A stretch of 48,569 nucleotides of DNA, taken from an uncultured Thermoanaerobaculia bacterium (GTDB taxonomy: Bacteria > Acidobacteriota > Thermoanaerobaculia > Multivoradales > JAGPDF01). The notes beneath the pieces were generated by a model. The model searched no databases, was not told the origin of the DNA, and saw only the letters and a list, made by a program, of their open reading frames with translations. The stretch is taken from assembly GCA_964590905.1 (NCBI GenBank), contig CAZPYU010000040.1, positions 1 through 48,569 on the forward strand, written 5' to 3'. Below, in pieces: positions 31,875-39,455 of the stretch. Made by a program: the position numbers and the translations under genes. Each line of letters starts with the position of its first letter. Within the stretch, counting starts at the first letter, position 1.

Positions 31875-32606
31875 TTAGCGAGCGCTCACACCCAGGAGAT
31901 CGCGCAGGAACAGGCCGTACGTTGGAGCCAGGAGGGCTTTGCCGACGAGGTCGAGGCCGATGCCCACGAGAGCAGCTGCCAGCCACCGCCACTCACGCCG
32001 GCCGAACGGCATCAGCCGACGAACTAGGAGCGGCCGAGCGCAGATCGTCCCGATAGCCACGAAGGCGACCACTCGCACTATCGACCAGGGGACCCAGGCC
32101 GCCAATGCGCCAGCAATGGGAAGCCCAGAAGCCAGAGCAAAGCTGCCGACGAAGTAGCTCATGTACGCCACCAGGCCGGCGCCGAGCGCCAGACCGAGGT
32201 AGCCTGCAGAAACCCAGCTCAGGAGGACGAAGAGCGCCAAGTGGAATAGGTGCTGCGGCACGTAGCGGCGCGGCTCGTTCTCGGTCCCGATGCCGGCCTC
32301 GATCCAGCGGAACATCTCGGAGCGGTAGCTCTCGCCGTGCACGATGCGAGCGCCGGCGAGCTTCGGCAGCTCCTCGGTGAGCGCCACAATCGCGGCGGAG
32401 AGGATCGCGGCCCAGAACAATGCGGCCAGAAACGCACGGCGATAGTCCGAGCCGCGCACCGCCGCCGAGAACGACGGCCAGAGCGGCAACGGAGCGACCA
32501 ACGGCAGGATCCAACCGCCGCCCGGCAGCGCCAGGACGAGGGGGACGAGCGGCGTCAGGCCGAGGAGCAGGAGCGCTCGGTCCGAACGCTGGCTCAGATG
32601 GTTCAG
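31875..32606 (-). CDS. Multi-pass membrane protein of unknown function
   Basis: Several hydrophobic segments. The ORF-track start overlaps the upstream SDR; the likely start is CTG 32606, overlapping the SDR stop after GGGGAG. Confidence 0.65.
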   Translation of the reverse strand: MNHLSQRSDRALLLLGLTPLVPLVLALPGGGWILPLVAPLPLWPSFSAAVRGSDYRRAFLAALFWAAILSAAIVALTEELPKLAGARIVHGESYRSEMFRWIEAGIGTENEPRRYVPQHLFHLALFVLLSWVSAGYLGLALGAGLVAYMSYFVGSFALASGLPIAGALAAWVPWSIVRVVAFVAIGTICARPLLVRRLMPFGRREWRWLAAALVGIGLDLVGKALLAPTYGLFLRDLLGVSAR

Positions 32607-33313
32607 AGATCTCCCCTTAACGGCTGCAAGCGGATCTCGTCGACGCCCATCCCCTCGCGCTCGGCGAGCGACCAGACGATCGCTCGCGCGACCTCCTGGG
32701 CGGGAATCATCCGCTCTCGATCCCACTCGCCGGCGACCTCGTCCCACAGCGGCGTCGCCGTAGCGCCCGGAGAGACGGCCAGCAGCCGCACTCCGCTCCC
32801 GCGGAGCTCCACGCGCAGCGATTCGACGAGACCGAGGACTCCCCACTTGCTCGCCGCGTAAGCACTCCAACCGGGAAACACCTGCCGCGCGGCCACCGAG
32901 AGGAGGGCGACCAGCGTGCCTCGACCGCGCGCCAGGAGAGTCGGCAAGAACTGCCGGAAGAGGTTTCCAGTGCCGAGAAGGTTCGTCTCCACGGTCTCCC
33001 GAAACGACTCCGCCGAGAGCTCCACGAAGCTGCCGACCCGCGCCACACCTGCGGCGGCCATCACCACCTCCGCGGGTCCCAGCTCGTTCGCCACGCGGCC
33101 CGCGAAGCGGGAGAGCGTGTCGGCGTCGCGAACATCTCCCGCGAAGGCGATGCCGCGCGCGCCGGACTGGCCGAGCACCGCCTCGAGCGGCTCGCGTCGC
33201 CTCCCCAAGAGGGCGAGCGAGTAGCCGACAGCCGCCAGCTCGAGCGCTGTCGCACGGCCGATGCCGGAGCCTCCCCCGGCGACGACCGCGACGCGGGATG
33301 CAGGCTCACTCAT
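32603..33313 (-). CDS. Short-chain dehydrogenase/reductase, possibly sepiapterin-reductase-like
   Basis: GGGSGIG, catalytic S...YAASK, SPGATATPLW, terminal DEIRLQPLRGDL. Confidence 0.9.
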   Translation of the reverse strand: MSEPASRVAVVAGGGSGIGRATALELAAVGYSLALLGRRREPLEAVLGQSGARGIAFAGDVRDADTLSRFAGRVANELGPAEVVMAAAGVARVGSFVELSAESFRETVETNLLGTGNLFRQFLPTLLARGRGTLVALLSVAARQVFPGWSAYAASKWGVLGLVESLRVELRGSGVRLLAVSPGATATPLWDEVAGEWDRERMIPAQEVARAIVWSLAEREGMGVDEIRLQPLRGDL

Positions 33314-33339
33314 CGAGTTGCGGATCGACTTCTAAAAAT

Positions 33340-33416
33340 TGGTCGGGACGCCGGGATTCGAACCCGGGACCCCCTGAACCCCATTCAGGTACGCTACCAG
33401 GCTGCGCCACGTCCCG
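33340..33416 (-). tRNA. tRNA-Pro(GGG)
   Basis: CGGGACG acceptor, D-arm GCGC/GCGT, anticodon arm CCTGA-ATGGGGT-TCAGG, T-arm CCGGG-TTCGAAT-CCCGG, encoded CCA; 77 nt. Confidence 0.97.
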
Positions 33417-33434
33417 ACCGGAACTGTTCGAGAC

Positions 33435-33866
33435 CTAGGAACTGCGGTCCAGAATGGCAAGCGCGCTACGCGCTTCGTCGAGCGCTGTCGCGATGCCGCG
33501 CTGCAGGCTTTCTATCCGCTCGCCGTTGGAACTGTCAAGCGCAACTGACCGTTCCACGACGGCTGCCGCAGATGCGCTCGCCTCGGTCTCGCCGAAGAGC
33601 GGCAGCGGGATCGGGGTGGGCTCGCCGGCGACCGGAGGATCGATCTCCAGCCGTTTCTTGGCGCCCGCGATCGTGAACCCCTCTTCGTACAGCAGGCTCT
33701 TGATGCGGCGCAAAAGGGCCACGTCCGCTTCCGAGTAGACGCGGTTCACGTCTGAGACCTCACCCCCTCCTTCGAGTCGCGGGAATTCGGTCGCCCAGTA
33801 CCGCAAGACGTACGGTTGGAGACCCAGCAAACGGCAGATCTCGGCCTGTCGGTAGCCCTTTTTCAT
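33435..33866 (-). CDS. MerR-family HTH regulator (tRNA-Pro-linked type)
   Basis: YRQAEICRLLGLQPYVLRYWATEF, RVYSEADV, LLYEEGFTIAGAKKRL; ATG 33866 lies inside the longer shadow ORF 33435-34886. Confidence 0.88.
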   Translation of the reverse strand: MKKGYRQAEICRLLGLQPYVLRYWATEFPRLEGGGEVSDVNRVYSEADVALLRRIKSLLYEEGFTIAGAKKRLEIDPPVAGEPTPIPLPLFGETEASASAAAVVERSVALDSSNGERIESLQRGIATALDEARSALAILDRSS

Positions 33867-33883
33867 CGCCAGCCCCACCGATC

Positions 33884-35215
33884 CTAGGCGATTGCTCCCG
33901 CGCGCGTCGAGCGCCGGCGAATCACGAATCGAATCGGCACGCCAGCGAGCTCGAACTCCTCCCGCAAGCGGTTCTCGAGATAGCGCCGATAAGGGTGCCC
34001 GACTCCCAGCGAGCGATTGGAGAAGAGCATGAAAGTGGGCGGACAGCTGCCGACTTGCGTCGCGTAAAGGAGCTTCCACGGCTTGCCGTCGAACTGCGGT
34101 GGAGCGTGGCGTCGGATCCAGCCCTCGAGCTGTCGATTCAGCTCGCCGGTCGAGATCTCGAAACCGAAACTCCGTCGCGCGCGCGAGACCGCCGCGAAGA
34201 TCCGCTCGACGCCGCGTCCCGTCAACGCCGACAGGTTGACGCGTGGTGGGTCCGAGAGGAGCTCGGCCAGGCGGGGCCACGAGCGGTCGAGCCGCTCGCG
34301 GCCCGCCTCGTCGAGCAGATCCCATTTGTTGACCGCGACCGCCGCCGCTCGCCCTGCCTCCCAGATCGCCCCCGCGACCGCGAGATCGCCGGAGGTCACC
34401 CCCTGAGGCGCCTCGACCACGAGCACCGCCACGTCGGCGCGTTCGATCTGCCGGCGCGCCATCATGACGGCGAGCTCTTCCGGCGCCCCCGAAACACGAC
34501 TTCTCCGTCGGATGCCGGCGGTGTCGACGATGAGATAGTGGACGCCGTTGCACTCGACGAGCGTGTCGACCGGATCGCGCGTCGTTCCCGGCGTGGGGGC
34601 GACCAAGACCCGTTCTTCGCCGAGCAGCCGATTGACAAGCGAGCTCTTGCCGACGTTGGGCCGGCCGACGATCGCTACCGGAATCGCGTCCGACTCGGGC
34701 TGAGCCGCCGCGGTCGCTTCCGGCAGGGCGGCCGCGATGCGATCCAGGAGATCGGAGAAGCCCGTTCCGTGTTCGGCCGAGACAAGGATCGGCTCTCCGA
34801 GCCCGAGCGACCAGAACTCGCCCACGCTCTCTCTGGCCCGGCGCGTATCGGCCTTGTTGACGACCAGCAGCGTCGGCCGCCTGCACGCACGCACGCGGTC
34901 GCGCACGCGCTCGTCGGCGGTGGTAGTACCCTCGGCGCCGTCGACGACCAACAGCACGAGGTCGCTTTCCTCCACGGCGAGGATCACCTGCTCGTTGATG
35001 CCGATCCCAACCTCACCCGGAACCAGGCCGCCGGTGTCGACCCACTGGACCGGTCGTCCCGCCTCGAGATCGGCGAGCACGACGATCCGGTCGCGCGTCA
35101 CGCCCGGCTCGTTGTGCACGATGGCGCGCCGGGCTCCCACCAGTCGGTTGAAGAGGGTCGACTTGCCGACGTTCGGGCGACCGACGATGGCGATCGTCGG
35201 CGTCGCGGCGCTCAC
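33884..35215 (-). CDS. der: Ribosome biogenesis GTPase Der/EngA
   Basis: Two G domains (GRPNVGKSTLFN, DTGG, NKAD; GRPNVGKSSLVN, DTAGIRR, NKWD) plus KH-like tail; start estimated at GTG 35215. Confidence 0.96.
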   Translation of the reverse strand: MSAATPTIAIVGRPNVGKSTLFNRLVGARRAIVHNEPGVTRDRIVVLADLEAGRPVQWVDTGGLVPGEVGIGINEQVILAVEESDLVLLVVDGAEGTTTADERVRDRVRACRRPTLLVVNKADTRRARESVGEFWSLGLGEPILVSAEHGTGFSDLLDRIAAALPEATAAAQPESDAIPVAIVGRPNVGKSSLVNRLLGEERVLVAPTPGTTRDPVDTLVECNGVHYLIVDTAGIRRRSRVSGAPEELAVMMARRQIERADVAVLVVEAPQGVTSGDLAVAGAIWEAGRAAAVAVNKWDLLDEAGRERLDRSWPRLAELLSDPPRVNLSALTGRGVERIFAAVSRARRSFGFEISTGELNRQLEGWIRRHAPPQFDGKPWKLLYATQVGSCPPTFMLFSNRSLGVGHPYRRYLENRLREEFELAGVPIRFVIRRRSTRAGAIA

Positions 35216-35315
35216 GAGACCATCGTCGACGACTTCAGCGCGCGGGAGAGCACTCACCAGCGCCGGATCCAACAGCGACGCACGTCGTCAGTGTAGCAAA
35301 GCGACCTCTCGTCGA

Positions 35316-35344
35316 TTGACAGTCGGGGGATCGGACCGTAGGAT
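35316..35344 (+). promoter_or_regulatory. Stable-RNA-type sigma70 promoter for tRNA-Leu
   Basis: TTGACA - 17 bp - TAGGAT followed by a GC-rich discriminator CCCGCCCGCC. A divergent extended -10 (TG-C-TACACT, 35290-35298) could serve der. Confidence 0.8.
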
Positions 35345-35354
35345 CCCGCCCGCC

Positions 35355-35441
35355 GCGAAAGTGGCGGAATTGGTAGACGCGCAAGCCTCAGAAGCTTGTG
35401 GTCGCAAGGCCGTGGGGGTTCGAGTCCCCCCTTTCGCACCA
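35355..35441 (+). tRNA. tRNA-Leu(CAG)
   Basis: GCGAAAG/CTTTCGC acceptor, anticodon arm CAAGC-CTCAGAA-GCTTG, long variable arm GGTC-GCAA-GGCC, T-arm GGGGG-TTCGAGT-CCCCC, encoded CCA; 87 nt. Confidence 0.96.
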
Positions 35442-35450
35442 AGTAAGAAA

Positions 35451-35819
35451 TCAGTTTGGCCGCCTGACGAGCAGGAGCGACCCGCCGCCGACTCGGACGT
35501 CGTCGACGCGCCAGGTAGAGCCGATTCGCACCGCCCCTCCGATCGTTGGATCGACGACCAGGTCGATCTCGAGCGAGTCGCCAGTGAAGATCGGAGTCAC
35601 GAGCTCGCAGCCTTGAATTGCGGCGAGGTAGAGGCGATCGGCCCCCTTATCGGCCGGAAAGGCCAGCGCTGCAGCCTGCGCCGTGGCCTCGATCATCATC
35701 GACAAGGCGACCCGATGGCTGCCACGCTGCCAGTAGTCGCCGATCGAGAGACGGACCGTGGCCTTGCCGTCGCTCGCGCGCGCGACGAGCAGGAACGGAA
35801 AGCGATGCGGAAGCGTCAA
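35451..35819 (-). CDS. Hot-dog fold FabZ/ApeP-like dehydratase subunit
   Basis: LPHRFPFLLV and MIEATAQ motifs; lacks the canonical GHFP segment; TTG start overlaps the ACP stop. Confidence 0.7.
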   Translation of the reverse strand: MTLPHRFPFLLVARASDGKATVRLSIGDYWQRGSHRVALSMMIEATAQAAALAFPADKGADRLYLAAIQGCELVTPIFTGDSLEIDLVVDPTIGGAVRIGSTWRVDDVRVGGGSLLLVRRPN

Positions 35820-36103
35820 CCGACAGGAACTGCGAGGTCCGACTTACGTGCCAGAACGAACTCCGCCAGCCGGTCGATCGAGCCGAGCGCCTCGGTCGCG
35901 ACCTCCTCGTTCCCCAGCTTGATGCCCAGCTCCTGCTCGACCCCGAGCACCAGCTCCAGCGCGTCGATCGAATCGAGGCCGAGTCCGTCGGGTCCGAAGA
36001 GCGGTTCGGCATCGGCGATCGACTCCGGGGCTCGCTCGAGCTTCAGTCTCTCGACCAGGATCTTCTTCAGGCGCAGTTTCAAGGTGTCGTCGATCGCGGA
36101 CAT
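35816..36103 (-). CDS. Acyl carrier protein (aryl-polyene/specialised-lipid type)
   Basis: PLFGPDGLGLDSIDALEL with phosphopantetheine Ser; the PLFG-x-GLGLDSIDALE pattern resembles ApeE-type ACPs rather than AcpP. Confidence 0.92.
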   Translation of the reverse strand: MSAIDDTLKLRLKKILVERLKLERAPESIADAEPLFGPDGLGLDSIDALELVLGVEQELGIKLGNEEVATEALGSIDRLAEFVLARKSDLAVPVG

Positions 36104-36130
36104 GAGGCGAAAAGCGTAACACGCGCCGCC

Positions 36131-36877
36131 TCAGCGCATGACGAGACCACCGTCGACCGAGAGGACCTGGCCAGTGATGTAGGAGGCGGCATCCGAAGCG
36201 AGAAAGGCGATCGCCTCCGCTACCTCAGCCGGCCGGCCGACTCTTCCGAGCGGCACGCCGCGCAGAAGGTCCGCGAGCTTGGCTTCGGGCAGCCGGCCGA
36301 GGAGGTCAGTGGCGACCAGCCCGGGAGCAACGCTGTTCACCGTAACGCCGTAGGAGGCCGCTTCGCGCGCCAGGCTGCGGCAGAAGGCGACGAGGCCACC
36401 CTTGGCGGCGGCGTAGTGGGTCTGTCCGATCTGTCCGACCAGCCCGCTGGCGCTGGTGACGGCGATCACCCTTCCCCATCGCCGCGCGTACATCGAGCGT
36501 ACGACGCTGCGCGCCAGTCGGAAAGCGGCGCTGAGATTGACGTCGAGCAGCTCTTCCCACTCGGCGTCGGAGAGAAACGGCAGCAGGCCGTCCTTGAAGG
36601 TGCCGGCGTTCAAGATCAGCACTTCGATCGGCCCCAGATGGCTCGTCACCGCCTCGACCACGCGCGAGATTCCTTCGCGATCGCGGACATCGAGCTCGAA
36701 CGCCTCCGCTCCGATGACCCGCGCCAGCTCCTCCGCTTGCTCGCGGTGATGAAGATACGTAATGGCGACGCGATGTCCGCGCTCGGCCAGCAAACGCGCG
36801 GTGGCGGCGCCGATCCCGCCGCTGGCTCCGGTCACCAGGGCGACGCGCCCGAGAGGGCTCGCCGTATCGACGCTCAC
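36131..36877 (-). CDS. 3-oxoacyl-ACP reductase (FabG-like)
   Basis: VTGASGGIG, LNAG, HYAAAKGG, VNSVAPGLVATD, YITGQVLSVDGGL; GTG 36877 overlaps the upstream stop. Confidence 0.92.
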   Translation of the reverse strand: MSVDTASPLGRVALVTGASGGIGAATARLLAERGHRVAITYLHHREQAEELARVIGAEAFELDVRDREGISRVVEAVTSHLGPIEVLILNAGTFKDGLLPFLSDAEWEELLDVNLSAAFRLARSVVRSMYARRWGRVIAVTSASGLVGQIGQTHYAAAKGGLVAFCRSLAREAASYGVTVNSVAPGLVATDLLGRLPEAKLADLLRGVPLGRVGRPAEVAEAIAFLASDAASYITGQVLSVDGGLVMR

Positions 36878-37899
36878 TCGGCCTCGCGCGGACGCAGGAT
36901 CTCGAATCCGGTCAGCGTCGCCACGGCGGCGAGCTGGGCTCGCTGCCGAGCCATGTCGGTGAGTTCCGCGCAGCGTTCGGAGAGCGTCTGCGAGAATCTC
37001 AGTCGTTCGACCAACCCCTCGAACCGCTCGGCGTAGCCGCTCCGCCCCGCTTCGTGAACCCAACGCGCGAAGCCGGTGAGGAGGCCCGGGCAGGGTCGTT
37101 CGACAAGCTCCCAGGGATGGGCGACGAAGGTCGGAAGCCCTCCGCGGCTAGCCGCGACGCTCGCGACCCGAGCTAGGAATTCGGCGCTCAACGGCCGGCC
37201 GCACCATCCCCCGGTTGGCAACCGGAAGCGTCCCCCCCAGGTCAGCGGTGGAATCTCGACGATACGGGTGTCAGGCGACCAGACGAAAAGGGTGGGCAAG
37301 GTCGGATTGGCGAGGTCTCCAGCTCCGACGGCGGGCAGGAGCGAGCTGTCGTAGCGGAAGCCGACCTCGGCGACGATTCGAAAGCGCGGATTGGCGGCGT
37401 TGCGAAGCGACCACTCGGGGGCGCGGAAGCCGACGACTGCGCTACCCAGCAGGTCTTCTAGCCGCGCCTTGGCCGTTAGGAGATCGTCGCGAAAGGCGGC
37501 CGGCGAGCGCTGGTTGGCTCGCAGGTGGAGCTCGCCGTGACACGCCACCTCGTGCCCCGCGGCAGCGAGCTCGCGGATCGTCGCCGGGATCTGGCGTGCG
37601 ACCTCGCCCAGCACGAAAAAAGTTCCGCGCGCGCCATGGCGCGCGAGTCGTTCGAGCATCGCTGGCAGCAGTCGCTCCAGCTCGTGGACCAGCGGTGGAC
37701 GCGCGGCGGGATCGACGTACTCAGGAATCCAACAGTTGTGGTACCACTCTTCGACGTCGACGGTGAGCGCCGGCGCCGAGCCGAGATCGAGCGCGATCGC
37801 CTCAGCGCTTCCGCTCGGATTCGTCGAAGACCTTGAAGTAGATCGACGCAACTGAGATGCGGAAAGTATCGCGGAGCGGACGAAAGTGGCTACCGCCAT
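36874..37899 (-). CDS. Polysaccharide deacetylase (NodB/CE4, XrtA-associated/DUF3473-like)
   Basis: LTVDVEEWYH, GTFFVLG, GHEVACHG..H, GFRAPEWS, FRYDSS, FVAHPWE; the start is uncertain (ATG 37899 or TTG 37851 both overlap GT2). Confidence 0.85.
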   Translation of the reverse strand: MAVATFVRSAILSASQLRRSTSRSSTNPSGSAEAIALDLGSAPALTVDVEEWYHNCWIPEYVDPAARPPLVHELERLLPAMLERLARHGARGTFFVLGEVARQIPATIRELAAAGHEVACHGELHLRANQRSPAAFRDDLLTAKARLEDLLGSAVVGFRAPEWSLRNAANPRFRIVAEVGFRYDSSLLPAVGAGDLANPTLPTLFVWSPDTRIVEIPPLTWGGRFRLPTGGWCGRPLSAEFLARVASVAASRGGLPTFVAHPWELVERPCPGLLTGFARWVHEAGRSGYAERFEGLVERLRFSQTLSERCAELTDMARQRAQLAAVATLTGFEILRPREAE

Positions 37900-38494
37900 C
37901 GTTGTAGATCGTACGGACGCGGACGTGCGCGATCGATGCGCCTAGCTTAGCGCTCTTGATCAACATCTCCGATTCGACCGCGTAGTCCTGCGACCGCAGC
38001 GCCAAGCGCCGCACCAGGTCGGCCGAGAGCAGCCGGTAGCCGCTCTGTGAATCCTCGAGCTCGTAGCCGGTCATCCAGGAGAGGATTCGCGATCCGATGT
38101 AGTTCGTCCAGAAGCGTACGGGTGGGATCGGCGCGGCGTCCGCCAGCCGCGCGCCGACGACGAGATCGGCGCGGCGGCGATCCCAGCACTCAAGCAGGCG
38201 CGGGAGGTCGGCCGGATCGTGCTGGCCGTCGGCGTCGAGCAGGACGAGCGCCTCGGGCTCGCCCTCGAGCGCTAGCTCGAGTCCACGCCGCAGAGCCGCC
38301 CCCTTGCCCGAGTTGGTCGGCAAGCGCTCGACTCGGGCCCCGGCCGAACGCGCCGCCTCGGAGGTGTCGTCGTTGCTGCCGTCGTCGACGACGATGACCG
38401 TCTCGAGCTCGGCCCGAACACCCTGGACGACCGCACGCACCGTTCTTCCGGCCTGATAGGCGGGGATGACGGCAACTACGTCCCGACGCGGCAC
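37802..38494 (-). CDS. Glycosyltransferase family 2 (DPM1-like, single domain)
   Basis: VIPAYQA, VVDDGSND, NSGKGAALRRG, LDADGQHDP, DSQSGYRL, YAVESEML; extended -10 TG-T-TATAAG 8 nt upstream. Confidence 0.92.
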   Translation of the reverse strand: MPRRDVVAVIPAYQAGRTVRAVVQGVRAELETVIVVDDGSNDDTSEAARSAGARVERLPTNSGKGAALRRGLELALEGEPEALVLLDADGQHDPADLPRLLECWDRRRADLVVGARLADAAPIPPVRFWTNYIGSRILSWMTGYELEDSQSGYRLLSADLVRRLALRSQDYAVESEMLIKSAKLGASIAHVRVRTIYNDGGSHFRPLRDTFRISVASIYFKVFDESERKR

Positions 38495-38571
38495 GGCGAG
38501 GCCTTATAACACGGCTCGCGAGGACGCGCTCCCTCTTGTCTCTGCTTCGAAGCTTGTGACACTCTCTCTAG

Positions 38572-38964
38572 GTGCCGCAGGCGTATCTGCCGGTCCTCGT
38601 CGCGCTGGGAGTGGCGCTCGGCCTGGGGGCCGTGCTGATGGCGATCTCCTACCTCGCCGGGTCGAAGATCGGCGGCCGGATCAAGCTCTCGACCTACGAA
38701 TCGGGCTTGCCGCTCCTCGACCGCTCGCGCAAGCGGCTCTCGATCGCTTTCTTTCTCGTCGCTATCGACTTCGTGGTCTTCGACGTCGAGGCCGCTTTTC
38801 TCTTTCCATGGGCGCTCGTCGTCCGCGACGGCGGCTGGCCGCTTTTCGCCGCCGTCATGATCTTCCTCGCGCTGGTCGTCGTCGGTTACGCCTACGTCTG
38901 GAAGAAGGGCGGGCTGGAGATCGCGACCCGCGCGCCGGCGAGGAGTGGGAGGGCCGGCGCTTGA
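38572..38964 (+). CDS. nuoA: NADH-quinone oxidoreductase subunit A
   Basis: TYESG, FFLVAIDFVVFDVEAAFLFPWA, YVWKKGGLE. Confidence 0.93.
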   Translation: MPQAYLPVLVALGVALGLGAVLMAISYLAGSKIGGRIKLSTYESGLPLLDRSRKRLSIAFFLVAIDFVVFDVEAAFLFPWALVVRDGGWPLFAAVMIFLALVVVGYAYVWKKGGLEIATRAPARSGRAGA

Positions 38965-39455
38965 GTGCCAGCGGGAGCCCGGCAGCGCGGCTGCCGATCG
39001 AAGTCCTGAGCGAGATCGAGGCCCTCCGTTCCCGCTACCCGACCACAGAGGCGCTGCTCTTGCCGGCCCTGCACCTCGCGCAGCGCGCCAGCCATAGCTG
39101 GCTGCCGCCGGAGGTCGTGGCCGCGGTGGCGGAGCTGCTCGAGCTGCCGGCGGCCAGAGTCGCCGGCGTCGTCTCGTTCTACGACATGTTCCACGAGCGA
39201 CCGGTGGGCCGCCACCGGATCCGGCTCTGCACCAACCTCTCCTGTCAACTGCGCGGCGCCGAGGAGCTCGCCGGTCAGCTGCGCACCGAGCTCGGCGTGG
39301 GACCGGGCGTGGTCACCAGCGACGGCCGCTGCTCTTGGGTTCCATTCGAATGCCTGGGATCGTGCGATACGGCGCCGATGGCGATGATCGACGACGACTA
39401 TCACGAGAATCTGACTCCGGACCGCCTGCGCCGCATCGTCGCGGACCTCCCCTGA
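38961..39455 (+). CDS. nuoE: NADH-quinone oxidoreductase subunit E
   Basis: LLPALHLAQ, VVSFYDMF, CTNLSC...CLGSC (2Fe-2S N1a); TTG start overlaps the nuoA stop. Confidence 0.95.
   Translation: MSASGSPAARLPIEVLSEIEALRSRYPTTEALLLPALHLAQRASHSWLPPEVVAAVAELLELPAARVAGVVSFYDMFHERPVGRHRIRLCTNLSCQLRGAEELAGQLRTELGVGPGVVTSDGRCSWVPFECLGSCDTAPMAMIDDDYHENLTPDRLRRIVADLP

Noticed and set aside
38549-38558. GAAGCTTGTG, identical to tRNA-Leu 35391-35400, at the far edge of the ACP/GT2 cassette (possible attR)
   Set aside because: Only 10 bp, it does not extend to the tRNA 3' end, there is no integrase and no obvious compositional shift. It is compatible with chance, so no genomic island is called.
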